Below are positions 56,651-64,000 of a DNA stretch of 64,000 nt, piece by piece (position 1 is the first letter of the stretch; the number at the start of each line of letters is the position of its first letter). The stretch is from assembly GCA_020635195.1 (NCBI GenBank), contig JACKAG010000005.1, positions 22,559 through 86,558 of the forward strand, read 5' to 3'. The notes beneath the pieces are model-generated. The model worked only from the letters and a program-made list of their open reading frames with translations. It had not been told where the DNA came from and did no database searches. A program made the position numbers and the translations under genes. The DNA comes from Deltaproteobacteria bacterium. GTDB lineage: Bacteria > Bdellovibrionota_B > Oligoflexia > Oligoflexales > Bog-1112.

Positions 56651-57619
56651 TCAGATCCCGGGAATACAATTCCCCATGTAGCCTTCATTCCAGAAGTGGG
56701 CGAATTGCAGCTTTTCATTTGGCCACCCCAGCGCCGACCGAAGCTCCAGTTCATTGACCAGTAAATCTTTTGTGCCATCAGCATTCTTTCTGACCAGCAA
56801 ATCTACCCTGAGGCCATCTGTATTTACAGCGATTTTTTCAGCCATCCTGATACCTTCTTCCCAAAGCTCAGGATCTTGTAAAGGAGGAGATCCATCAATC
56901 GGGGTTCCGTCGGGATGATAGTAGTGAAATCCACCAGGCCCCATGATGAGCCCTCCACGGACAACTCCCCATATGGTCTGAAACTTATACTCGTCATCAT
57001 GAATGACATATTCCTGCACCAGAAATCCACGGGTCATATGATTTAACAGCCATTCGTTGCTACTGGAAGGTGAATCCATTGCTGCAAATATTTCTTTTTC
57101 AATTTTTTTTGTATCAACATCCTCTCCAGATCCTGTTTTTCCATTCAGAACTCTCCAGACTCCATTTGATGCTGACATGTGATTTGGTTTTACGACATAA
57201 CTTTTGTATTTATCTAAAATATGTGAAAATGGCTCTTTGCTTTTAGACGAATAATACACGGGAATAACGGGGTATCCATTTTTTTCGAGCTCTTTGCTGG
57301 CTTCAATTTTATCGACAATTTTATAAAGTTCTGTGCGCTGAAAATATGTTCTGACATCCTGAAACTCACCCCATCCAAAATTTTCATTCCAGTAAGGGCA
57401 CATATCAAATTCTTTGCGAAGTTTGCTATAGTCCCTATAGACAAGATTCATCTTTTTAACTCCAGGAACACTCTCCCCGGGAAATGGTTCACTACCAGAA
57501 CCCGACCATGAATAATCAGAATCTGTTTTTTTTAGATTTTTTTCTATACGACTTTTGAAAGAACAGCCTGAAAAAATAAATAAGAACAATGTCGATACAA
57601 CCAATGCCTGATTCAGCAT
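56651..57619 (-). CDS. ATP-grasp fold amidoligase-like protein (TupA-like family, tentative) with an N-terminal hydrophobic anchor
   Basis: 322 aa. 'YVVKPNHMSASNGVWRV', 'FLVQEYVIHDDEYKFQTIWG' and 'LRVDLLVRK ... LLVNELELRSALGW' follow the TupA-like ATP-grasp pattern as I recall it. The N-terminus 'ALVVSTLFLFIFSGC' is hydrophobic and contains a lipobox-like FSGC. Confidence 0.55.
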   Translation of the reverse strand: MLNQALVVSTLFLFIFSGCSFKSRIEKNLKKTDSDYSWSGSGSEPFPGESVPGVKKMNLVYRDYSKLRKEFDMCPYWNENFGWGEFQDVRTYFQRTELYKIVDKIEASKELEKNGYPVIPVYYSSKSKEPFSHILDKYKSYVVKPNHMSASNGVWRVLNGKTGSGEDVDTKKIEKEIFAAMDSPSSSNEWLLNHMTRGFLVQEYVIHDDEYKFQTIWGVVRGGLIMGPGGFHYYHPDGTPIDGSPPLQDPELWEEGIRMAEKIAVNTDGLRVDLLVRKNADGTKDLLVNELELRSALGWPNEKLQFAHFWNEGYMGNCIPGI

Positions 57620-58000
57620 AAAGACTCCACTTTTTTATATAACGGACAACTACAACATTCGGAAATGAAGCCAATGACTTTAACGACACAGGTCCAGTAC
57701 ATCTGATATTTCGACGAAAAATGAATACATCAGCTGATTTGTCTCAGAACAGAGATCATAGCAAAAGGACAGTTTATGAGACGCGAATATGCTGACTCTG
57801 ATAATTCCTGCAATCCACCAGAATATTAAAGACCAGGGTCTTTCCCTCCGAGATCTTTTTCCGAAAGAGAAGATCTTAAACCTGCTGAAGAGGGTCAGAC
57901 TCTGAACCGCTATCTAAAGCTTGGCATTATCCTGATTCTTCTGACAGAAGTAAAAAAACTCGGAGCCTTTACAGGCCAGGACCAGCTGAGTCCTGGACGT

Positions 58001-58960
58001 ATGGCTCTGAACTATAAGAGGGCCTCTCACTTCTGGTCACGATATGAGCTTGCAGGAACAGACTCTTCAACCAGAACATCACCTCCTGATTCAATTTTCC
58101 TTGACAGAAAAATCGAAAGTTTTTTTGTCTGTGGCGGTGAATCAGCCCTGTCCGGAGGCAACACAGGCATCCGGGCCAATCTTAAGGTTCTGCATCAGAT
58201 TCAGAAAGGAGAGGAAGAAGAGGCCCCAAAAACACCACGAGAACGGCATCTTCTGAAAACCGAACCATCTGCGGATATCACCTTCGTCAACCATAAAGGA
58301 CTCGAACTGTTTGCAGGGCTCCAGGCTCTGGCTATCGTTTCCGAATCATCTGAAGTCAACTCTCCTGTCACGACATCCAGGATCACCTATAGCCCTGTCA
58401 CCTTATTTGCTCCCCGGGCTGGCCTGATCCGACGCGGAAACTCATGGAGTGGAGGGTTTTACTATAATCACTGGAGGGAAAGCACCCGATCTTTTGAAAA
58501 AGTATCCGGTGACGGCAGCAGTCTTTCCGGAACCAGTTACGTTCTGATTCCATCTTCTTATGGCATCGTCGGGGCCTTTAACTATCAGCAACTCTACTTT
58601 GAATTTGATATAGGCAGTGTTCATGCAGGTGATGGTGGAGAAAGGACCGAAGACGGCAACCTCGTGCAGGATGATTACCTTCGGGCATGGTTCAGCATGT
58701 ACCTCCCTTCCTCCTTGGGAGGCTTTCGCTCTGCCCTTGCCTGGCAATCCATCTCCTACGCAGACAATGCATATGCCAGCCCGGAAAGCATCGCCATGAC
58801 ATCCCTTCGCCTTGACTATATGAGCGGAACTCCCGACGATGGCTTTTACACGGGCATTATATTTGCTTACGGGACAGGAGGAACTGATATCACGGAATAT
58901 AAAGCCCGTTTCCGATCGCAGGCTCTTGCCTTTAGCCTGGGGCTTTTCATTCCTATCTGA
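58001..58960 (+). CDS. Hypothetical protein (beta-rich, possibly an outer-membrane protein)
   Basis: 319-aa ORF with an alternating beta-strand-like composition and an aromatic/Gly-rich C-terminal half. No signal peptide follows the annotated ATG. I recognise no family. Confidence 0.4.
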   Translation: MALNYKRASHFWSRYELAGTDSSTRTSPPDSIFLDRKIESFFVCGGESALSGGNTGIRANLKVLHQIQKGEEEEAPKTPRERHLLKTEPSADITFVNHKGLELFAGLQALAIVSESSEVNSPVTTSRITYSPVTLFAPRAGLIRRGNSWSGGFYYNHWRESTRSFEKVSGDGSSLSGTSYVLIPSSYGIVGAFNYQQLYFEFDIGSVHAGDGGERTEDGNLVQDDYLRAWFSMYLPSSLGGFRSALAWQSISYADNAYASPESIAMTSLRLDYMSGTPDDGFYTGIIFAYGTGGTDITEYKARFRSQALAFSLGLFIPI

Positions 58961-59141
58961 TCACATCCTGATACTCATCTTTCTCAAAAATCCTGTGAAA
59001 AAGACTGTGTGCTCAGAGCCTTTTGATCGCGTTCTGTGCAAAGCTAAAGCATGTTCATAAAAAAAATTTCAACCATCATAAAGAGATGACCGAGATAAAA
59101 GAAACCTATGTGACGGATACGGCGCATCGCAGGAGACCGCT

Positions 59142-59864
59142 GTGAGACAGCACAAGCAGTTTCAGACAAAAAATCAATCTTTTCTGATCCTGATCTGCCT
59201 GACATCACTTCTGACATCCTGCTATTTTGTCGATTTTTTTAGTAAAAATGAGGACAACAACAGTCCTCCAGATCAGGAAAGTCTCAGCAGCCTACAGGAC
59301 ACAGTTCTTGGACAATCATTAGGGAACAAAGCCGGCTCTGTCGATACTCTGGCTCTGGAGACGGTACACAGCACGACGAGCACAATTCCACCAGCCTCAA
59401 TCCGGGCAGATCCTGATCTTTATGCCAGACGCCTCCTGCTACAATACCGACCAGAAGGGTCCACCGTCGCCCGTGAAATCGGAGCGATCGAGGCCTACCG
59501 CCTCCTTCTCGGAGGAGCCAGTCAGGATTTCCAGAAAACCCCACAGACATCATTTGATGCAACGTCTCTTCTGGCCATGTTTTCTGTCTCCAGGCGTATC
59601 TGTACAGCTCTGGTTGCGCCAGATCCCGCACTGCATCAGGACTGGCAGAGTATCCTTCCTTCTCCACCAGAGGACAGGGACAGCAATCTCCGTTTTCTGG
59701 CTCAGAGAATATCAGGAAGGCCATCATCTGATGTGACAGAACATCAGCTCACAAGCCTGAAGGACATTATGGATGCATGGTCTGACGGCAGCGCTGACAA
59801 CTCAGAATCCTATATTCCGGCATGCATCACCCTGATGATGGATGCCGAATCCCTGTTTCTCTAA
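59142..59864 (+). CDS. Lipoprotein with a DUF1595-like C-terminal region (tentative)
   Basis: It has a GTG start and a lipobox 'LLTSC'. The C-terminal 'FLAQRISGRPSSDVTEHQL ... IPACITLMMDAESLFL' resembles the 'RAFRRP ... SP-FL' pattern of the DUF1595 module found in Planctomycete-type multidomain proteins. Confidence 0.5.
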   Translation: MRQHKQFQTKNQSFLILICLTSLLTSCYFVDFFSKNEDNNSPPDQESLSSLQDTVLGQSLGNKAGSVDTLALETVHSTTSTIPPASIRADPDLYARRLLLQYRPEGSTVAREIGAIEAYRLLLGGASQDFQKTPQTSFDATSLLAMFSVSRRICTALVAPDPALHQDWQSILPSPPEDRDSNLRFLAQRISGRPSSDVTEHQLTSLKDIMDAWSDGSADNSESYIPACITLMMDAESLFL

Positions 59865-59890
59865 GCAGGCTGACTCTCATAAGGTTTTTT

Positions 59891-61582
59891 ATGATGCCAC
59901 ATCACGATCATAACATCCTGTCATGGCAATCCCTTTTTCTGATAACTTTTCTTCTTTTATTTTTTCCGACAACAGCCAGCTATAGTGACACAAACCTGAA
60001 TCAGTCCCTGAAACGAGCACAATATCTTCTGAATGCAAGCGTTCCGACAGATCAGGATTTTTCTGAAACCACAGACCAGAATACGTATCAGCAAAAAATC
60101 CGTAATTTTCTCAATCACGATAATTTTTATAATATTGTCCTAAGATATCATGAAACATTATTCGGAACAGGGCTTCCCATAGAATATATGGACGAACTGT
60201 TAAAAGACGATATCGATCATAAAGTGAATAAATTCGCTCAGATTTTGTGTGAAACATCAGAAGAAGATCAGCGTCTGCACTGTAGCTGGGCCAGTGAAAG
60301 AGAGCAGTCAAAAGTCAGCAGCTGCCCAAAAGCATGGGAAGAGCCTGTCTCTGTTTTCTGGTATCCTGGAATCGTCGCCTGGGTCTGCCCATCTCTGGTT
60401 CATTCCTGCGGAAACGATCTGAGCCGCTGTTTCATCGAATATAAAGATGAAGACATTGCTGCAAACAGTGAGCTGGGAACGACAGAGGCTTTTGATTCCC
60501 GATATTCTGTGATCAAATCGCTCAGCAAGCAGTCTGCCGGAATTGCAACCGCTGTCACAATTGCAAATTACCCCTATACCAAAATTCTCGAACCAGGACT
60601 CACAGCTGTAGATGGAGCTATCGCACATTTTTACCGTCAGAAACATCATTTTAAACTGGATCAGCTGAATCTTTCAGATGAACTTTTGCGACTGGTCGAA
60701 GGAATTTCCCTCACGGACACTCGCTTTCATTTAATTTATACAGGTCAGACCTACGAACATGGAGGAATCCTCAGTACTTTCGGATGGCTGCGTCGTTATG
60801 AAAAAAACCGCAGCAGAGCCAACCAGCTTTATGAGCGGCTGCTCTGCCGAAAATTTACCGCAGAACTTCCAAAAATTTTCCCCCAGGACCCCGGAAATCT
60901 ACGGGAAGCCCCCGGATGCAGTGGCTGCCATGCGACCCTGGACCCACTGGCTGATTTTTTTCTTGCCTGGGGTGAGGGTGGAGAACTCTACCAGGGACAG
61001 CGCAACACGGTACAAACAAGCTTCAGCGGACACAGTGGACGCTATCTGGCCGATATTGCAAATATCATACGTCAGGATAATGCATTTGCGACCTGTACCG
61101 TCGAACATGTCTGGGAATGGCTGATTGGCAGAGTCTTTCATTCATCTGAATCAAAAATCAGAGCTGCTCTGACCAATTACTTTATTACAACAAATTATAG
61201 TTTTCGTGAGCTGGTCTATGCGATTGCGACCCATCCCACCTTTATGGAAACGTCCCGCGGGAATAGTCTGGTCGACGACCCTCTCTCTGAACCTCCTCTG
61301 GGAGAGCTGCCAGGAGGGAATGATCTGCCATCATGTGATAGCCCCATCGACTTTGCAACAGATATTCAGCCGCTGACCACAGCCTGCACCTCCTGCCACA
61401 GTGGCAATAACACGCTCTCTCCTCTGCTGACAGAAGCGGACTGGGATGCTGCTGCAAGCGCAGCGATTTCCATGATGACCAGCGGAGAAATGCCTCCGGG
61501 ACAGACAGGGCCACCACGCATCGGCCCCAACTATGAATTTAAAGAAAAAGTCCGTTGCTGGGTCGAAAGGAATAAACAATGA
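59891..61582 (+). CDS. Secreted DUF1588/DUF1592-like protein with a C-terminal CxxCH motif
   Basis: I place the start at ATG 59891 (MMPHHDH), with a hydrophobic leader 'LFLITFLLLFFPTTA'. 'GCSGCHATLDPLADFF' matches the DUF1588-type 'CxxCHxxxDPxG/A' motif. A second CxxCH ('CTSCH') lies at 61385-61399. Confidence 0.6.
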   Translation: MMPHHDHNILSWQSLFLITFLLLFFPTTASYSDTNLNQSLKRAQYLLNASVPTDQDFSETTDQNTYQQKIRNFLNHDNFYNIVLRYHETLFGTGLPIEYMDELLKDDIDHKVNKFAQILCETSEEDQRLHCSWASEREQSKVSSCPKAWEEPVSVFWYPGIVAWVCPSLVHSCGNDLSRCFIEYKDEDIAANSELGTTEAFDSRYSVIKSLSKQSAGIATAVTIANYPYTKILEPGLTAVDGAIAHFYRQKHHFKLDQLNLSDELLRLVEGISLTDTRFHLIYTGQTYEHGGILSTFGWLRRYEKNRSRANQLYERLLCRKFTAELPKIFPQDPGNLREAPGCSGCHATLDPLADFFLAWGEGGELYQGQRNTVQTSFSGHSGRYLADIANIIRQDNAFATCTVEHVWEWLIGRVFHSSESKIRAALTNYFITTNYSFRELVYAIATHPTFMETSRGNSLVDDPLSEPPLGELPGGNDLPSCDSPIDFATDIQPLTTACTSCHSGNNTLSPLLTEADWDAAASAAISMMTSGEMPPGQTGPPRIGPNYEFKEKVRCWVERNKQ

Positions 61583-62982
61583 ACCAAAAAAAAACTGCCA
61601 ACAAACGCCCAGAAAAAAACGCTGTTTCTCCACCTGAGTTATGTCTTCCGGAAGAGGTCCCCGTACTCAGCAGACGTCAGCTTCTCAGCCATGGAATCAG
61701 CCTCACCGCATATGCAAACCTGGCCAGCCTGCTGAGCCCTGACAAAGCACGATCACAATCCGGAAGTCAGAGTTATCCTCTGAAAAGAAAGCTGGTCTGG
61801 ATCAATATGTCAGGAGGCTGGGACATCCTTGAAGTCATGGACCCTAAAACCGGCTCCACTCCAGGAATCGATATGATTTATGATTACGAGCTAAGCCATC
61901 AGCTAACGGGCGGAGAAGACAATGCCCGACTTGGCCGCTGGTTGCCTGGGATGGCAGGCATCGGGGAAGATCTTTTGATTATCAGAGGACTGGCCATGGG
62001 GACCACATCTCATATGGCAGGCTCTGTCTATATGGACACCGGTATTCTGAGCAATGCCGGACGGGTGAATTCGGCCTCGATTCCCGCTATCGTCGCATCA
62101 GAGAGCAGCTCGACCATACCCCTGATTCAGCTCAATGGAGGATCAGAGCCAATGACAGACCGGGGCCTTCTTAAACCGGTCTCTGCGGTGAGAGCAGAAA
62201 ACCTTGAACTTTACCGCTCGATGTATCCGGAGGATACACAGGATGCTGCGCGGCAGAGCAAAATTCTCGACTACATAACAGAGTCCACAACACGATACCG
62301 GCAAAGCCTTGACCCGGATAAGCCCGGATCGGAGAATGACCGGCTGGAAAGCCTCGAAACCTCCGTTGCAAAAGTGCGGACTCAGTTTGACAACAATGTC
62401 GGAGAAAAGCTTGTCCTTTCGAGCTCTGATCTTAGTAATTTCTCTCAGGGTGCCCCGACCGGTATGGGGCGGGGAATGATCCAGACCTTTGCTCTGGCCC
62501 AGAAGCTGATCACTGAAGGAATCTGTGACTGTATTAATCTTGGGATTGGTGGATTTGACACCCACTCCAACCAAAGCACGCGTCTGCAAACAACCCTGAC
62601 AGGAGTGGATTTTGTCATCCGAAGATTCGTTGATGGACTGCGGACTGCCGGTATCCTTGACAGCACTCTGATTGTGCTCTATTCCGACTTTGGCAGAACA
62701 CCAAAAATCAATGGCTCAAATGGACGGGATCACTGGCCCGTTGGCGGAGCCCTGATGATTGGTGGAGGAATCCGGGGAGGGAGGGCCGTTGGGGGCACAG
62801 ATGACTCCATGAGAGCCTATAGCATAGATCCTGATTCGGGTCGCACCAGTGAAAATGGCCAGCAGCTGAGCCCAATCCACCTGGGAGGCGCCGTTCTCGA
62901 ACTCACTCTGGGAGCAGAGTATCTCCAGTACCGGAATTATCTCAGCAGCCTTCCCGCCCTGACCCATCTCAAAAACAGTTAA
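61579..62982 (+). CDS. DUF1501 (sulfatase/phosphatase-fold) protein with a twin-arginine signal
   Basis: It overlaps the previous gene by 4 nt. It has a Tat-like 'SRRQLLSHGISL' and 'GRDHWPVGGALMIGGGIRGG', the DUF1501 hallmark. Confidence 0.8.
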   Translation: MNQKKTANKRPEKNAVSPPELCLPEEVPVLSRRQLLSHGISLTAYANLASLLSPDKARSQSGSQSYPLKRKLVWINMSGGWDILEVMDPKTGSTPGIDMIYDYELSHQLTGGEDNARLGRWLPGMAGIGEDLLIIRGLAMGTTSHMAGSVYMDTGILSNAGRVNSASIPAIVASESSSTIPLIQLNGGSEPMTDRGLLKPVSAVRAENLELYRSMYPEDTQDAARQSKILDYITESTTRYRQSLDPDKPGSENDRLESLETSVAKVRTQFDNNVGEKLVLSSSDLSNFSQGAPTGMGRGMIQTFALAQKLITEGICDCINLGIGGFDTHSNQSTRLQTTLTGVDFVIRRFVDGLRTAGILDSTLIVLYSDFGRTPKINGSNGRDHWPVGGALMIGGGIRGGRAVGGTDDSMRAYSIDPDSGRTSENGQQLSPIHLGGAVLELTLGAEYLQYRNYLSSLPALTHLKNS

Positions 62983-63007
62983 ATATGAGTCATCCATCAA
63001 CGATCTG

Positions 63008-63688
63008 TCACACATGGATCAGATCAGATCCCGCCTCTGTCTCTGTCTCTGTCTCTGTCTCTGTCTCCGTCTCTGTTTCTGTTTCTGTTTCTGATTCAGC
63101 CGAAAACGAGTCCTGAGCTTTAAAATGATCCGAAACTTCGGCACTTACCAGTCCAGGGGGCCCGGCATCAAAACCAGTATAACTGTCAGGCTGAAACTGA
63201 AACAGAGCAGAGCCATCACCCTCCTCTCCAAGATCACACCAGTCATCCACTGCTGTTGCAGCTGTTATTGATGTTGCTTCTGCTTCTGCTTCTGCTTCTG
63301 CTTCTGCTTCTGCATAAAAGCTGACATGACAGGATGTCTCCTTCACATCACATGAAAGCCTTCCCGCCTGGGAAGGGCTGAGATCAAAAGCGACCTTTCC
63401 CGGAGCTTGCCATCGCTTCATCTCACATTTACCCTGTCCAAAACTGAGTCCTTCTCCATCTCTACCTGCAAAAACTGTTTTATCCTTAGAAAGAGTGAGA
63501 GAGATGTCGTCAGGAAAATCTACGATATATCTTTCCTGTTTGCCTCGTGCTGCACTAAGCACCAACGTGTACACCTGATTTTTTTCTACTTTTATGTCTA
63601 AGAGCTGCTTCTGAGAGGTATCGATTTCATGAGAGGCAAAGCTTATGGAGCTCAGAAAAAAAACAAAAACCATCACTGATCTGATCAT
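63008..63688 (-). CDS. Secreted hypothetical protein with (AE)n and (ET)n dipeptide-repeat tracts
   Basis: 226 aa with a leader 'MIRSVMVFVFFLSSISFA'. It has an internal 'AEAEAEAEAEAEA' tract and a C-terminal 'SETETETETETETETETETEAG' tract. I recognise no family. Confidence 0.65.
   Translation of the reverse strand: MIRSVMVFVFFLSSISFASHEIDTSQKQLLDIKVEKNQVYTLVLSAARGKQERYIVDFPDDISLTLSKDKTVFAGRDGEGLSFGQGKCEMKRWQAPGKVAFDLSPSQAGRLSCDVKETSCHVSFYAEAEAEAEAEAEATSITAATAVDDWCDLGEEGDGSALFQFQPDSYTGFDAGPPGLVSAEVSDHFKAQDSFSAESETETETETETETETETETEAGSDLIHV
63035..63094. repeat. About 10 x 6-nt tandem repeat (CTCTGT and variants), encoding (ET)n on the minus strand
   Basis: It is read directly. The units degrade from CTCTGT to CTCCGT and TTCTGT toward the 3' end on the plus strand. 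Confidence 0.95.
63276..63311. repeat. 6 x 6-nt perfect tandem repeat (GCTTCT), encoding (AE)6 on the minus strand
   Basis: It is read directly. Confidence 0.95.
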
Positions 63689-63936
63689 AACTTCTCCATT
63701 TATCCATATCGCAGCGAAAAAGAACCCCCGAAAAAAGAACTTTCACTTAAACAATGGCTTCTGTCTATATGAAACTCACCGGATGAAGCAATATCAGAAT
63801 ATTGTGACAGCGAAAGCCATGAAAAACTCTTTTGAAAACTTTCCTGAACAGTCAAGGCTCTCCTGGCCAGAGCCCTTTCTGCCTGGTCCTTTTCCGGAGA
63901 AGGTATGCTAGCCTGATAGAAAGGAGGTGTCTGAAA

Positions 63937-64000
63937 ATGGGTGTTTTTGCAAAAGTAACCCAGAAAAGCAAGGCAACTTCCATCACTGAATCTACCATTA
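63937..64000 (+). CDS. 5' end of an unidentified gene (truncated by the window edge)
   Basis: An ATG at 63937 is preceded by AAGGAGG 9 nt upstream. The frame stays open to the window end (MGVFAKVTQKSKATSITESTI...). Confidence 0.4.
   Translation, partial: MGVFAKVTQKSKATSITESTI

Noticed and set aside
57830-58000. An in-frame upstream region of the 58001 ORF encodes a signal-peptide-like segment ('YLKLGIILILLTEVKKLGAFTGQ').
   Set aside because: No in-frame ATG, GTG or TTG exists between the upstream stop (TAA in 'ATATTAAAG') and 58001. Extension would therefore need a non-canonical start (CTG, ATT or ATC) or a sequencing error. That is not supportable from sequence alone.
59822-59890. The possibility that 59142-59864 and 59891-61582 are one gene broken by a frameshift, since the second frame is open from 59822 and overlaps the end of the first ORF.
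   Set aside because: Each ORF has its own plausible export signal: a lipobox 'LLTSC' for the first and the leader 'LFLITFLLLFFPTTA' for the second. The first ends in a motif that typically closes a domain. I kept them as two genes and flagged checking against reads in the findings.
63035-63311. Short tandem arrays (here and at 45171-45503, 30007-30138 and 50126-50366) considered as CRISPR-like or non-coding satellite repeats.
   Set aside because: The units are contiguous with no spacers. Each array is a multiple of 3 nt and lies in frame within a long ORF. They are coding simple-sequence repeats, not CRISPR arrays.
1-64000. Search by eye for tRNA, rRNA, tmRNA, RNase P RNA and riboswitch signatures, and for transposase, integrase or phage genes.
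   Set aside because: I found no T-loop 'GGTTCGAATCC'-type sequence, no rRNA-like segment and no recognisable recombinase ORF. Small ncRNAs cannot be excluded without covariance-model searches (Infernal/Rfam, tRNAscan-SE).

Overview
The window is a chromosomal segment from an unidentified diderm (Gram-negative) bacterium. I cannot assign a taxon from sequence alone. I support about 48 protein-coding genes and found no rRNA, tRNA, CRISPR array, transposase or integrase.

Housekeeping blocks:
- tatC-polA and gltA
- tolQ-tolR-tolA-tolB, with no pal
- GTP-dependent pckG
- ihfB, rlmN, and a ccsA-like gene followed by hemA-hemC-hemD
- a class II DAHP synthase

These alternate with visibly more A/T-rich accessory blocks. 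My hand counts of single 60-nt lines gave about 28-45% GC in the accessory blocks and about 55-57% in tolB, hemA and the CHAT gene.

Accessory content worth a second look:
1. A three-gene operon. It encodes an AsmA/YdbH-like protein, a YdbL(DUF1318)-like lipoprotein and a 2,618-aa lipoprotein made of PD40 repeats, TPR-like repeats and a CHAT (caspase-fold) protease.
2. Two tandem paralogous secreted proteins whose N-termini look ubiquitin-like.
3. A chemosensory cluster (cheA, cheW, mcp) with no CheY. CheR and CheB are fused into one 760-aa protein. A small secreted protein carrying a duplicated Cys-containing module lies just upstream.
4. Several secreted proteins with in-frame tandem repeats and a shared SSxLAxGxG-type leader. 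Two of them are signal-peptide ankyrin-repeat proteins. One ankyrin gene carries a near-perfect 105-bp tandem duplication with two G9 tracts.
5. A TonB-dependent receptor with a coupled lipoprotein, two DUF4360-like secreted proteins, and a membrane-anchored ATP-grasp protein.
6. A DUF1595-like / DUF1588-like / DUF1501 module of the type common in Planctomycetes.

All family assignments come from motif recognition by eye. They need confirmation by profile searches.
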